A stretch of DNA of 63,008 nt, filler included, from Folioceros fuciformis (GCA_049999805.1; 5 parts of 5 records of this genome joined end to end with filler, not necessarily neighbours in it); one strand, 5' to 3'. Shown: positions 37,899 through 51,859, counted from the whole stretch's first letter. Numbers and translations: made by a program. The notes: generated by a model from the sequence alone, not told the origin.

Positions 37899-40800
37899 TG
37901 AGGAATGAACTCTTTGCTATGCTCCTAAAGGAGAATGAGAAGGTGGGACCTAAAGTGGTATTCAGCAGTGATGCACCACCAACCAGGACCTGTATGAGAG
38001 CATGAGAGAGTGAGAGCAAGAGAGGCACGAAAGATGATTTCCATAAGTGATCAAGAGACTATAAAAGAGTTTTTTGTGTAACCGTTTTATGACCTAAATA
38101 TAAACGTTGTTCTATTCAACTTAAGTTGAATAACCGTTGAGTTAGAGTCTGGAAACCCTAATGGAACCCCAATACTCCCCCTCAGACCTAACTCAAAAAG
38201 AAATGATCTTGTTTAGAGTGGCCCAAGACATAGATGCTATCTCCACAAACAACAACATTGTGAGGCTAAACTGCTCAGCTCATGAACTCCATGGCAGGTC
38301 CTTGCTTGCTGTTCACTGCGCACCTATTAGAGCTCGCAATCACGATACTGCTAGCTTGTTGGATCTTGATGCCTGCTAAGCTTGAGGCACGACACCACAA
38401 GGATAGCGGGAGACGCCATGCAAAGGTTGCTGTAAGGAAAAGGCGCTTGCTGCTGGAGAGACATGGAGTCGAAGTCCCGGGGAGAAGACAAAGGCCACTA
38501 GAACCTTCTCGTGCTTGCATCAGGGTGGCGAGAGAAGCTGAGCAGGCTGTCTTCATGGCAACGTGCAGGATGCTGCTTTTGGACGACCAAACCATAGTCT
38601 GCTGCAGGGGTACTGAAGAAGCAAAAAAGGGGGTAATGAGGGCAGCTGGTCCTGATTGTATTACCTTTATGCTTCATCCAGGACTGACAGCTGCTTATGA
38701 TATGTGTGTGTAGGCCTTGCTCCAGAGATAGTCTTGTGCGTCACACAAGAGACTGTGCCTTGCGAGGATGCCCAAACTCCGCTGTGGCATCCTAGCTCAG
38801 CCGTTTTTGCTACTCTGCCATGAGCCCATGTTACTGTTGGTTGAGATAAGTCCTTGTACTTCTCAAGCCTAGGGAGCTTCTGTGTTGCTCATGTGTAGCT
38901 TTTGGGAGGCCCTTAGTCAGTAGGTCTGCAACGTTGTCTGATGTATTAACATATTGCAACTTGATAACTCTTGTTTCCACTGCTTGGCGGATAAAATGAA
39001 ATTGGATCTCGATATGCTTAGATTGAGCATGCAAAATGGGATTTGAAGTGAGGGCAATAGCTGATTGGTTATCGCATTGCAGCAATGTTGCATCTGGTTG
39101 CTGCCAATGTATGCCATCAAGAAATTGCCTTACCCACATGATCTCGCATGCAGCTAGAGACAGTGCTCTGTATTTAGCCTCGGTTGAGGAGAGGCTAACT
39201 GTGGTCAATTTCTTAAACTGCCAACTAATGGCTGAACCACAGAGAATCAAACAGTATGCAGCTATGCACTTACGTGAATCTATGTCACCTGCCCAGTCCG
39301 CATCCGAGTAGGAGGTAAGTGTTGAACTTTCTTCTACAGTATATTGAATAAAATAGTCTTGAGTGCCCTTGAGATAGCATAGGACTCTCTTAACTACAAT
39401 CCAGTGCTTCCTGCCAGGGTTAGCGAGGAAACGTGACACGACACCTATAGCTTGAGAGATGTCAAGGCGTGTCCAACTAGCTAAGTATAACAAGCTACCT
39501 ACAGCTTCTCTATAGGGAACTTGAGCCATTTCAGCACAATCTGCAAGGGTAGTTGGACAGTCTTCTATAGAAAGCCTATCTCCAGCAGCTATGGTGTTGT
39601 GACTGGATGCAGATCTGTAAGGTTAAATTTAAGCAGTAGTTGTTTGATGAAGTGAGACTGATGGATTGTGACGCAGGTTCTATCTAGACTAAAATTGAAT
39701 TGGATGCCCAGGGCAAATCTCATGGGACCCACATCTGTCATGTCCCACTCTTGGGACAGTTCATGCTTCATGTCCTTAAGAATTTGATCATCACTTGCGG
39801 AAAGGAAATTGTCATCAACGTAAAGGGCAATGATGCATAGCTGTGTTGTCCTCTTCAAGACGTATACACTACAGTCCGCCATAAGAGGTAAGAATCCAAG
39901 TTGTTGCAGTTTGGTTGTTGCCCTTGTGTTCCAGATACGGGCAGATTGCTTCAGGCCGTATATTGACTTCAGTAATTTGATACCTTTGCAGGATCACGAA
40001 TGTAGCCCTCGGGCTGATGCATAAATATAACCTCATTAAGAGGACCATTCAAGAAGGTAGTCTTGACATCCATTTGATGGACAAGAAGCTTGTGCTTCAC
40101 TGCATAGCATAAGAGTATTCTCATGGAAGTTGGTTTCACAACTGGAATGAAAGTTTCATTGTAATCTAGACCATTCACCTGAGTGTAGCCTCGGGCTACC
40201 ATATGTGCCTTAAAGCGAGCAACAGTACCATGAGGGTGAAGTTTCAATTTGAACACCCATTTTGAAGTGATGGCATGCCTACCAGGAGGTAAGATAACAA
40301 GCTCCCATGTTTTGTTGTCAATTAGGCTTGCATATTCCAAGTCAATAGCTTTCTTCCATTCTGCCTTGTAAGGCCCTGACAAAGCTTCCTTATATGTGAG
40401 AGGTGTTTTTGGAGGGTCAAGGATGGTTGCTGCTGCAGCATGTGCTGGGCTGCTAAGTTTGTATGAGGTAAGGTCTGAACTAAGATATCACCTGGTTCAT
40501 AAGGTTTCTCTAACCACTCATGTCTAGGGTGATGAGTTCTGGTTGATCTTCGTAGAGCAGGTATCTCCTATTCCATTGCAGGAAACTGTTCGGGTTCAAT
40601 GGGATAGATAATAGCATCTAATGTATCTGGATCGTGTACATGAGTTCTACAGCTTGGGAATCATCCAGGCAATGTATAGGGTCAGGTTCAACCTGTGCTA
40701 TAGGAGGAGGTGGCTGAACAAAAGTTGGAGGTAGTTGCTGTTGCGGAATTACTGGGGCAACGGCAAATTCAGGTAAATCTGAAGGAAAAACAGAGATTTC

Positions 40801-41615
40801 TCTGCCTACCTCATCATCTGTAGGGGTGTGTCCATGTACAGATTGTGCTGAGAGAGGCTTGTGGCTTGTGATATATTGGTGATGAGAGGAAACTATAAAG
40901 CTCTCGTTGAAGCTCACACTTCTAGCCAAAGTAAGCTGTCTTGTTTGTGGATTATAGAGTTTGTAGTCTTTTGCTTATTCTGAATAACCCACAAATACAT
41001 GTTTAGTGGCCTTGTTGTCCAGCTTACCCCTTTTGTCTACTGGGATGTAGGCGTATGCTGCTACACTGAAAATTTTGAGGTGTCCGATTCTTGGTTTGTG
41101 ACCACACCATCGCTCAAAGGGAGTGTAACTGAATGAAGGTTTAATGGGAAACTTGTTGTGTACATAATTCACGGCTGCTACAACCTCGGCCCAATACCCT
41201 CGGGTAAGCCTAGCTGAGGAAAGGGTGGCTCGACAACGTTCTTGCAACGTGTGATTGTACCTCTCTACATAACTGTTCTAAGCTAGGTGGTATGGAACTA
41301 TAAGCTGGTGAAGTATACCTTTTTGTCTGCAGTATGACTGAAATTCATTGCTAAGGTATTCCAAAGTGTTATCACTTCTAAGTTTCTTTAGTGTACGTCT
41401 AGTCTGGGTTTCTGCCATTTGTACATAGTCGACAAACTTTTCATAGGTTTGGTGACGGTGATGCAAAAAATACAGGCGGCAGTAGTGACTCCATTTGTCA
41501 AGGAATAGCAAGAAATATGTGGCGCCACCAAAGGAGGTAGTCGACATTGGCCCACATATGTCTGAATGCACGACATCCAACAAACCTGCTGCTTTGGTGA
41601 GCTTTGGTGGGCTTG
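37899..41615 (-). mobile_element. Decayed Ty1/copia element D (INT-RT-RH, 3' region, 3' LTR at about 37899-38174)
   Basis: VVHSDICGP, HQMDVKTTFLNG, LYVDD, SDADWAG motifs; PPT (complement of ctccccctcag) at 38175. Confidence 0.88.
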
Positions 41616-41619
41616 ATCT

Positions 41620-41780
41620 GCTTCTTTAACCTGCAACCATGTTCTCTTTGCCCTTCTCAATGAAATTCTCTGGTTGTTGCATGTATACCTCTTCCTGGAG
41701 ATCACCATGCAAAAATGCCAACTTCACATCCATCTGGACAAGTTCCATGTCATGCCTCCTAACCAGATCAAGAACACATC
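41620..41780 (-). pseudogene. Short copia RT fragment from a different family
   Basis: DMELVQMDVKLAFLHGDLQEEVYMQQPE abutting element D's integrase. Confidence 0.75.
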
Positions 41781-42089
41781 ACAAGGTGGTCATTTTTGTC
41801 AATAGGATCGACTCTAGTCTACGTGCAAGTGTAGGAGAGGAGAGGAGAGAAGAGAGGGTGGTATTGGTGATCACAACCATGAAAACAATACACATCACCA
41901 CTATCTTACTATGGAGGTCCGAGGTCTCCATTTAAGTAGTACATTTAGGGCTACACAACTTCCAGGTTCAATATGGGATAATCTACACTATCCTAAGTTC
42001 ACTAATAACTAGAACTAGTCTAGTATGAACCCAACTGGGATAACTAACACCACATGAGTTTAGCTCATATAGAGCTCGATAACTCAACA

Positions 42090-42189
42090 NNNNNNNNNNN
42101 NNNNNNNNNNNNNNNNNNNNNNNNNNNNNNNNNTTAATTAATTAANNNNNNNNNNNNNNNNNNNNNNNNNNNNNNNNNNNNNNNNNNNN
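42090..42189. other. Artificial scaffold spacer
   Basis: TTAATTAATTAA at 42134-42145 within Ns. Confidence 0.97.
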
Positions 42190-43424
42190 CTGCTTGGAGT
42201 TTTCCCAATTTCGAGCTGCCTCTTCAACTTGACTTTATCTTGCAATGATATTGGCCCGAGCCCAATCACCAAGTACTTGGCTAATTTCCGGGTCACCTAA
42301 GCTTGCATCCCAGTTCTAACCCACACAATACATAGAATCCGATTTAGAGTCTCTCAATTCTCAATTTGAGACATGGTATCTATCATAGCTTGAACATGAT
42401 CCATGATTCCAATAGCCTACAATGGCTTGTCACAATCATTTTTGTAAACAAAGGCAACATAACCTCGTAGGATACACTTTTCAAATACTCTTAATGTGTT
42501 CCACATGTAGCCATAGATGGAGGTGTGTTTATATAGGACGGTCGGTGTGACCTTTCGCGAAGGGTCACTCCCCTTCATGGTGTCCAATTGCTAAGGGTAG
42601 TGAGTAACTACTGGGCGGGGTTACGGTCAGATTAACTGTCCCGTAACACTCCCTCTTAAGCTGAACGAAACCTAACTAATGATGTAGGCTCCCTCTGAAG
42701 ACTAAGTCTCTCCTCGTCAGTCATAGGTTGGAGAGAGCTGAGGTGAGAGCTGAGCTGAGGTGAGTCAGGCCTAGCTTAAGCATGTGTTGGTAGTGGTGTA
42801 GCTTGGGCAGGCCCTTGGTAAGTATGTCTGCAACATTATCCTCTGTTGCGATGTAGGTGGCCTTCACTATGCCGCGCTCAACGACATCCCATATGTAGTG
42901 GTGTTGGATTTCGATGTGCTTCGTCCTGGCGTGGAACTTGGGGTTCGCAGTTAGGGCTAGGGCTGACATGTTGTCACAATACAGGGGTGTTGGGCTCTCT
43001 TGCTTCTGGTCAATGTCGGCCAGAAAGGTTCGCTCCCACTCGACCTCCTTAGCAGCATCAGTGAGTGACTTGTACTCTACTTCTGTGAAGGAGAGAGTGA
43101 TAGAAGTATGTTTCTTGCAGCTCCAGCTCACGGCTGCCGAAGATAGGAGGAAGCAGTATGTGCTAAGACTCTTACATGAGTGAGGGTCAAAAGCCCAATC
43201 TGCGTCTGTGTAGCCTTCAAGGGACAGCTTCCTTGTGCCTGTGCTTCTATACGCAAAGCCATGGGTGATAGTTCCTGTAAGGTAGCCGAAGATTCTCTTA
43301 ACAGCAACCCAGTGCGCCTTTCCTAATGATTCTAAGAATTGGGACACAGTAGAAACCAAATACTGGATGTCGGGTCTGGTCCATCCATTAACAAAGATAA
43401 GACTGCCCACGGCATGGCGATAGC

Positions 43425-43644
43425 TGTTTGAGTTTAGAATATCATCTTAGGCGGAAATATAAGAACGTAAACTTAAACTTGAAAAAGAAGATAAAATGTT
43501 GAGTACAAAATTGTTTTTATGTTGTTGTTTGCTAAACGTCTTACCCCTAGGTATCTTACCTATTAGGGTAACTATTAATTAACTTAATGGCGTAGTAACT
43601 AATATTCTGTAATTAGGGTTTATTAAGATAACCCTATTTTAACA
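43425..43644. mobile_element. Solo LTR (220 bp) inserted in copia E RT
   Basis: TG...CA ends, 5-bp TSD ATAGC (43420-43424, 43645-43649); host reading frame resumes. Confidence 0.9.
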
Positions 43645-45609
43645 ATAGCGAATTGACTCCATTTCCTTCGTCTCGTCTATTGTGTGTGGGCATTGATCCG
43701 CTGTGAGCTTTGTGCCGACAGCGTAGGGGGTGTTGACGGGCCTGGCTTGGTCCAGGCAGAATTTCTCGAGTATCTCCTTGATATACTTATGCTGATGGAT
43801 GACCAAGCTACCTTGGGCTCTGTCTCTGAGGATCTGGATTCTGAGGTAGAACCGAAGCTCACCTATGTCCTTCATCTCAAATCGGGTGCTCAAGAGCCGC
43901 TTTAACTCTTCTAACATGGCTTGGCTATTGTGGTGAGGATGAGGTCGTTCACATAGAGGGCGAGGAGCACGAAGTGGGGTCCTCGGGATAGTCTGTACAT
44001 GTTCCCATGTGCGAAACACTGTATGAAGGAAGAATCGATCAAGTAAGAGTGCATAGTGGTGTACCAAATGCGGCCACTCTGCTTGAGGCCGTAAATGCAT
44101 TTCTTAAGTCTCAGCACTTTGTTTGGGAATTGCTTGTTGATGTATCACTTGGGTTGGTTCATCTAGAGCTCCTCGTTAAGTGCTTCGTATAAGGAGGCTG
44201 TGCATACGTCCATTTGGTGTAGCTCCAAATCAAGCTCTGCAGCCAAAGATATGATGAGGCGAATAGACTGAGCTCGCACGATGGGGGAGAAGGTTTCCTG
44301 ATAGTCGAGCCCTTCAACTTGGGAAAAGCCTCGAGCTACCAAGCGAGCCTTGAAATGGGCGACCTGGCCTTGGGCGTTGAGCTTGAGCTTAAATGTTCAT
44401 TTGCAGCTAATCGGCTTCCTTCCATAGGGCGGATCGACCAGCTCCCAGGTCTTGTTCTTCACAAGGCTCTAGTATTCATCCTCCACTGCGAGCCGCCATT
44501 GGGAAGATTCTGGGCCCGAAAAGGCCTGAGAGAGGGTAGTAGGCTCTTCCAGAAGCGAGCGTGCTGAGGCACGTGCTTCGAAAGGTGAGCTAAAGGAGCT
44601 CCTAAAGTCAACAGATTGATAAGGAGGCTCGGCCCACTATGCTAGTGGCGAGCGATGACGAGTGCTACGACGCAGCCCGAGGGGAGGCCCGGCCTTAGGG
44701 GGCGATGCCTCTAGAACTGGCGTGAGCTCGGGTAGCGCATCAACAACAGCCTCATCTGGGGCATGGAGATCTGCTGGTGGAGAAGCCAAAGCCTTTTCAG
44801 CAGGTGGTGCATCAGGCAGAGAAGCAGAGGTGGCGACATTGCCCTCCGAAGGTGGCAGAGGGGGAGGGTCGCCATTGTCATCCTCAGAATCAATGTCCTG
44901 TTGGGGATCACCATCATCCAGCGGGAATTGTGATAGGGAATCAGGCTGGTGGTGATCAAGACTTGGAAGTGTAGGTACCGCAGATTCCTTTGAGACTAGC
45001 CATGGGGGCTCCAGGAAGGTGACACTACGGGCCAGGGTGGTGCTGTGGTCATCAGGGTTAAATAGCTTGTAGGCTTTTGCATTTTCGCCGTATCCGACAA
45101 GCATAAGCTTACGAGACCTATCCTCCAACTTCTGGCGCTTGGTCTTTGGTATATAAGCTTAAGTTGTTGACCCAAAGACTCGAAGGTCAAGGAGGCTAGG
45201 TTTTCAGTTCCAAAATACCTCGTAGGGCATACGCCCAGGGACTGCATTGGTGATAACGCGATTAAGGATATAAGAGGCAGTGACTATGGCCTCTGCCCGG
45301 AAGCTCTGAGGAAGGCCGGCTCATAGTAACATACTCTAGGTCATGGATAACAGAGTCTGGTTTTTGCGCTCCGAGACCCCATTTTGTTGTGGGGCATAAG
45401 CGATAGTTAGCGGCCTTTCGATACCTCGCTCTTGCAAAAAGTCGTCGAAGGCATTATTTACGAACTCTGTTCCATTCTCGCTTCTCAGGAATTGGAGTTG
45501 GTTGCCCGTCTGTCTCTCGGCAACCGTCAGCCAATCTTGGAAGTAGGTGAATGTGTCGCTCTTAATGTGCATAGGATAAGTCTAGGAGTACCTGCTAAAG
45601 TCATCCGTG

Positions 45610-45898
45610 TGTAGGGTTATTAAAGCCCAATGTGCTTAGACTAATGTGTTTAGTCTAAGATTAGTGTCTAGTTAAGTATCATTAGTTTAGATTAGCTTAA
45701 GCTAATCTGTATGAAGCTTCTTGCGCAGCTTCCTGTGCGCTTCTTGTGAAGCTTTCTAGGGAGCTCGTCTAGAGGTTATAAATACCCCCTTGAGCTCCCT
45801 TACATATTGAGACTGTATTGAGAGAGTGTGACCTCTCTTTCTCCTCTCCTCTTTGCCTCCTCTCCTCTCCTTCACCATGCTCCTCTAGCGATCCTTCA
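45610..45898. mobile_element. Solo LTR (289 bp) inserted in copia E integrase
   Basis: TG...CA ends, 5-bp TSD CCGTG (45605-45609, 45899-45903), internal TATAAATA. Confidence 0.9.
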
Positions 45899-48800
45899 CC
45901 GTGAGGGTGAGATAGTAGCGTGCTCCTCCTAGTGACGGTTCGTGAATCTTTCCGGAGATATCAGCATGGACAAGTTCCAATGTGGTGGTTGCCCTATGAG
46001 CATGCTTCGGAAAAGGGGACTCCTTCTGCTTCGCGAGCACATAGGACTCGCACACAGGGAGATGCCGAAAGCACTTGGGTAGGGGCTCTTTATACAAGTC
46101 TTGTGACGCAATAGATATAAGCTTGTTCTTATTGATGTGTCCGAGCCTGCATGCCATAGGGACGCTAGATCATCCAAGGTTAACCTCTGTAGTCTAGCTA
46201 CGAGGGTAGACGGCTCGCTTTCCCCGGCAAAGGATAGCTTATAGAGACTGTCCTGAGGATCAATGGTGAAGAGGCATTGCTCAGGGTTGGTGGCCCGGAA
46301 GATACGGCATGACCCCCTTTTGACAAGCATCTCAAGATCGCCATGCTTCAAAAGCTGGGTCATGGAGATGAGATTTTTGCCCATGCGAGGGACGAGGAGC
46401 ACAGCCTCCAATATAAGCACCGAACCATCCTTGAGGGAGAATTCGCAAGTGCCTTGTCCCTCAATAGGCAAGCTAGACCTACTTTGTTCATCACCAAGGA
46501 GCACCCTTTCTCTGAGGGGACGTGTGTCCAGCTTGGTGAATAGAGTACGGTCATTACAAATGTGGGCGGTGGCTCCACTATCTAGAAACCACCCCGAAGC
46601 TTGGTGCATCTGGGTGTTGAGGCAAACTGTAAGTATCTTAACGGTCTTTTTCTCTTGTGCAATGGTTTTCCCTTTGACTGCGACGCTGGACGCACGTTTA
46701 AGGGCGGTCCTTTGTGGTTCTCCGACGTTCTTCTTGCGACACTCTCATGCCCAATGGCCGGCAGATCCACACCAGTTGTAGTTTCCGGCCCAGCGAGGAG
46801 GAGCAGAGGTAGATTCACCTCTAGGGGTGAAGTTTGCTCTGCCTTTCTGGCTTTTCCCCGGCTGGAAACGGGTGGTCAGCGCATTATCTGCTTTGGGCTT
46901 GGACCCTCCTGCAGAACATAGGCGGCTCTGCTGCTACTGATATAGAGCACCAATGATATCCTCCACTGTTAGGGTGGGGGCGGTACCTGGGTTACCCTGA
47001 GTTGATACCAACATCAGGCTGGTAATAAAGTTTTGGTAAGATGGTGGCAGGCTCATCAACAACTGTGCAGAGGCGTCAGTCTTCGACATAGTTGAGTCGA
47101 GTGAGGCGAGCGGACCTCACAGTTGTCTGAATTTGGAATTGTGGGAGGAGATCGTGTCGGTCTCCTTCATCTTTAGGAGGCTAAATTCTTGCCTTACATT
47201 GTACATGGTTAGAACATTGTTAACGTTGTACATGTTTGATAGCTGGTCCCAAATTGCTGATGCTTCCGTAAGGAACTCCACACTGGGTACCAAGCTAGAG
47301 TCGAGGCCGCTGATGAGGAGAGTGATAGCAATCCCGTTCAAGTAGTCCCATCTTTCTATATTGGCAGCGAAAGGGGGTGGTATAGATGACGGGTTAAGCT
47401 TCGGTAGCATGGTGTCGACAATCTTCCAGATGCCCCCGACCTATCAAGATAGATTTCATGCGTATGTGCCACATCGGGTAGTGTTGTCCATTGAATCGAT
47501 CTTTCTCTTTCATGTGATCGGTGTAGACAGGGGCAGAGCCAGGGATGGTGGCAGCGCCACTTGTCGCCATAGCTGCTGTAGGGTTTAATGTAAGTGAGCC
47601 CAACTGCTCTCTAAGGTGATTCACAAAGGAGTCGTGGGTCGTGGTCATAAAAACTTGGCCAAAGGGGTCCGCGTAGGCTTAACTTCAGAAGATATAAACA
47701 AAAATTACAGGATAAGTTTGATCGTCAAAGTGAGAACCTTGTGCTGGTGTCCTCTTGGCACAACTACTGCCGACGTCTTGCAAATTAAGGGGCTGGTGAG
47801 CTGTCTTGGATGGCTCTGCTAGGCGGCGAAGTCGGTAGGCTAGGTCCACGAAGTACTCGGTGGTAAATTGAAGCTGGTCCCAAAGAGCCGAGGGGGAATC
47901 AGTGACCAAGCAGAGTGGGGGTGTCGATGCCGGCTCAATCTTCACGCGAGAGTCCTCTCCAAGGTGCAACTGGGTGTCAAGGCATCCGGCAAAGGGAAGG
48001 AAATCTAGAAGGAAATTATGGAGGAGAGGGTTTGGGTGTGAACCAGTGCCAGGGGAAACCGGTTCCGAATCAGTGCCCGAAAGACTCGGGTTCACACCGG
48101 TTGAAAGGGGGTAGGAAACCCACTCGATGAAACAACAACNNNNNNNNNNNNNNNNNNNNNNNNNNNNNNNNNNNNNNNNNNNNNNNNNNNNNNNNNNNNN
48201 NNNNNNNNNNNNNNNNNNNNNNNNNNNNNNNNNNNNNNNGGGGGTCCTGTCGGGCACGGGAGCGTGCTGGTTCCTTGAGTGGTGCGTCTCCTGCAGATTT
48301 GGCACACCGGATCATGGGCGATCCGGTGCGCCAGGCCCCATGAATCTATGTTGCTGGGCGCTGCACGATGGGGGCGCCAGTACGGCACGGAGATTGTGCT
48401 CCGGCGCGACCAGGATGAAGCGCCAGCGAGCCCGATTGATGAAGATCCACTTGCATCTTTGACTTCTAAGTTGTTCATCGTTCCTGCAAGTGCGCCTCAG
48501 GGCGCTTCGTCCTTGCTGTCACAAGTTCCTGCTCCTGTGGTGCACTGGGGGAATTGGAGGAGTCGTGTTGAAATTCCTCTTCATCGAATTGCAATCCTGA
48601 TGTTGGCCCGGTGACGATGAGGTCACAAGTGGCCCAATCCTTTGCAGTGATGGTCAGGTGGCCTCCTAGAGTTCATGGGTCATCCTCTATGAACCCGTGA
48701 AGGAGGCAATCCACATGGGGGCTAGAGGATGAGGAGTAGCTGCAGCGTCGTTGGCGTCGACGACAATTCAAAGGGTGCTGCGCATGCCGCGAACTCCACG

Positions 48801-49359
48801 CACTAGCCTGTGCCCGCCGGCGCCTAAGCAATCTTAAGTGCCCGCAAATCTTGGTGTGGGGGGAACGTCGAAAGGTAAGATCACGGTGCAAGTCCATGGG
48901 TAAGGCGATGGCAGGCCGGAAAACGAGAGCTGGAGGAGGAAGGGGGAGGGATGCCCTGCTTGTCCCCTGTCTCCCCTTTTAAATCCATCTATGGACCTGA
49001 TCGTTGATATCTCAAATCTAAGGGCAAGTAGTTGCAAGCGTAAGGGGTGTGGGGGCTGGTAACATGGGTTCTAATTGGAACTCCGCGGTTAAGCGCCCCC
49101 GACGCTCAATCAAGGCCTAGATGGAGGACCTTTGAGTAGTGTTTGTTTTTTTTTTTTTTTTTTTAATTTAGGCCGAGGGGGCTATACCCATCCTAGCCAT
49201 TCTAGGATGTATCTATCATTTTTGCTATTTGCATCTATCAATTTTGATTTGCTCTCAATTGATGGATCAGATCCATGGTGTCTTTTGCAGATCCATGGAG
49301 GGGATTTCCGAGAGATCATACACTGCTTGACAACAACTGCCCAACCATAGTACCAAGCC

Positions 49360-51759
49360 CCACTCGGCTACCTCGACCCTAGGCTACCCTACTGACTCAC
49401 TCGGCTACCGGGGGGGGGGTCTCTACAACTACCGAGGTAGGGTCTCAACTACCGATAGCCGCTTCGGCTATCTCCGTCGTCTTTCAACTACCGGTAGCCG
49501 CTTCGGCTACCTTTGTCACCTTTCCACTACCGTGGTAGGCCCCACCCCAAACCCTAACTAATTATTTTCGGCGCAGGCGCCGCCGCGGGTTTCCACCCAC
49601 GGGTTTCTGCCCAAGACATCCTAGACTTACAGGGCTTGGGTTACTCCATGCTCCTCACACATGCAAGGGCTAATCCTTGGGGAACGAAGCCTTGCGGATC
49701 AACCACACCTCCCCACACCCTCATGCAACACTCCCCTCACACACAAGAGCTCTGGTTCACAGTTACACAGGCCTGTCCCCAAGGGTCTCAATCTCCAACA
49801 ATTTCCAAAATCTTCCAGCAAATCCTTCACCACTCCTCACAATCCCTCACAATCTCTCATGGACTTCAACAACCTCCCACAGCCGCTCACAAACACTTCA
49901 AAATCTCGCAGAAACTCTCTAGATTTTGCATCCAATCTTCAGCATTCTTCCTCCATTATCTAGCAATCTTCTCAGCCGTTTTCTCTTTAGTTCTCTAGCA
50001 ATGTTCCTAGCTCTCCAGCAATGTTACAGCAACCTCAACAACCTTCCACAGTCCTCCACAAACGTCCAGGGATTCCTAAGAAATTCTCCAGCAATCTCGT
50101 CCGATCCTCAGCAAACTTTCTCAACAATTTCTCAGCGATTCTTCCAGCAGTCTTCAGTTCACCTCAATCTCTCAGCTTCCTCTTTCTCACCAGATTTAGT
50201 ACGTAGCTGATTGTTCAGGGAATAAGGGAAGGAGAAACTCCCTCCACTCTAGCAGTGGTGGATTCGTCCCCCTCTCCTCAGCTACGGACCAAAATCAGTC
50301 CTCACTCACTCCTTCTCAACTCACTCCAGCTCCTCAGCCTCCTTCTTCTCCTCTTCTCACTCACTCCTTCAGCCTCCTTCTCCTTCTCAACTCACTCTTC
50401 ACTCACGCCTTCACCCACACTTCAGCTCCTCATCTTCTTGCACGCTCTCTTCGCACACACACTCTTCAACTCCTGATTTGAAACGTAGCAAATGGTTAAG
50501 GGAATAAGGGAAGAAAACTCTCCTTCCACTCCGTGCAACTGGGGATTCGTTCCCCTCTCCACTCACCACGAACCAGAGTCGATCGTTCAGGGAATAAGGG
50601 AAGGAGAAGCTCTCCCTCCACTCCAGCATCGGTGGATTCGTCCCCCTCACTTTCCACTGCAGAACACAGCTAGCTGTTCAATGAATAAGGGACGGAGGTG
50701 CTCCTTTCACCCTTCGCAACTTGCAGATTCGTCCCCCTCACTTTCCACTGCAGAACACAGCTAGCTGTTTAATGAATAAGGGACGGAGGTGCTCCTTTCA
50801 CTCTTCGCAACTTGCAAATTCGTCCCCCTCACTTTCAACTGTGGAGCAAAAGTTCTCAACCCCCCCTAGGAGCGTCTCGCACTCACTGCCTCACCTAGAC
50901 CTCTCTAGTCCTACCATGGACAACGCAGGGGATCTCAACCGAGAGGAGTCTCAAACATTTGCTAATCAGAGAGGCACCAACAAGCCCCTTTTGTACAAAG
51001 TTTCCAAGAGTGGGAGCCACGGCCCGTCATAAAGTCTAGCTCTAAAATAGTCAACTTTAAAAAAGGTGCTCTTAATGGCAGGCGGCACCACGTCAGAATA
51101 GCATCTTACCAAATCTTATCTAAATACTATTTTCAGATGCAACCACTCCTGGCTTACCTTGGTGCCACTCTCTCTCCTCCTATTTATTCTTCTGGCCCAC
51201 CCTCCCCTGCCACACAAAATCTTCAGGCTCTCCTTTCATGTTGCTGATGGGGCAAATCCTTCCAGAAATATCCACCTCACTCTTGCTGCTGGTTGACCCA
51301 TCCTGGCTGTCCACTCTCTCTCTTCCCAGGATGCTAGTTGCCTCCTGTCACTCTGGCTGCAATTATTGCTATTCCAGGCCTCCTGGTGCAGGTAGAGGTT
51401 TTAGCAACCTTTTAGCAACCTCAAGAACCTCTTATCTGAACGCAAGAGGTTTTAGCAACCTTTGCAAAAACCTCTAAAACCGTCGTCTAACAACCGTGAA
51501 CCTCTGATTCCACAACCGTCGTCTCCCTTTGGCAACCGGCGTTGTCTCTTTGGGTACCGGTAGCCACTTCGGCTACCAGCGTTGTCGCTCGACTACCAGT
51601 AGCCCCTTCGGCGATCGTCGTCGAACTTCGGCTACCTCCCTTCGGCGACCGTCATCTCCCTTTGACTACCGGCGTCGTCCTTCGGCTACTGGTAGCCGCT
51701 TCAGCTACCTGCTGTCGCCAAGTCACAGCATCCCTGTTTTCCAGCCTAAGTCCACAACT
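49360..51759. repeat. Unclassified non-coding repeat element with internal arrays
   Basis: ctaccggtagccgcttcggcta-type motif clusters at 49365-49535 and 51540-51720, a strand-biased C/T/A-rich tract, and a 91-bp array. Confidence 0.6.
50495..50845. repeat. ~91-bp tandem repeat, 4 copies (plus a detached copy near 50215)
   Basis: gtt.a.(g/t)gaataaggga....gattcgt.cccctc units start at 50495, 50585, 50676, 50767. Confidence 0.88.
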
Positions 51760-51859
51760 NNNNNNNNNNNNNNNNNNNNNNNNNNNNNNNNNNNNNNNNN
51801 NNNTTAATTAATTAANNNNNNNNNNNNNNNNNNNNNNNNNNNNNNNNNNNNNNNNNNNN
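51760..51859. other. Artificial scaffold spacer
   Basis: TTAATTAATTAA at 51804-51815 within Ns. Confidence 0.97.

Larger units (their letters stand above)
42495..48139 (-). mobile_element. Decayed Ty1/copia element E (gag-PR-INT-RT-RH and 3' LTR)
   Basis: Gag KEKDRFNGQHYPMW, protease WFLDSGATAH, LELVHADISG, YTDADWA; LTR end ...gtaaca at 42648 plus PPT similar to element A. Outer boundaries approximate. Confidence 0.88.

Noticed and set aside
50495-50845. Repeat arrays (also 33072 and 56104) as CRISPR
   Set aside because: Whole units repeat without unique spacers, no cas genes, eukaryotic context.
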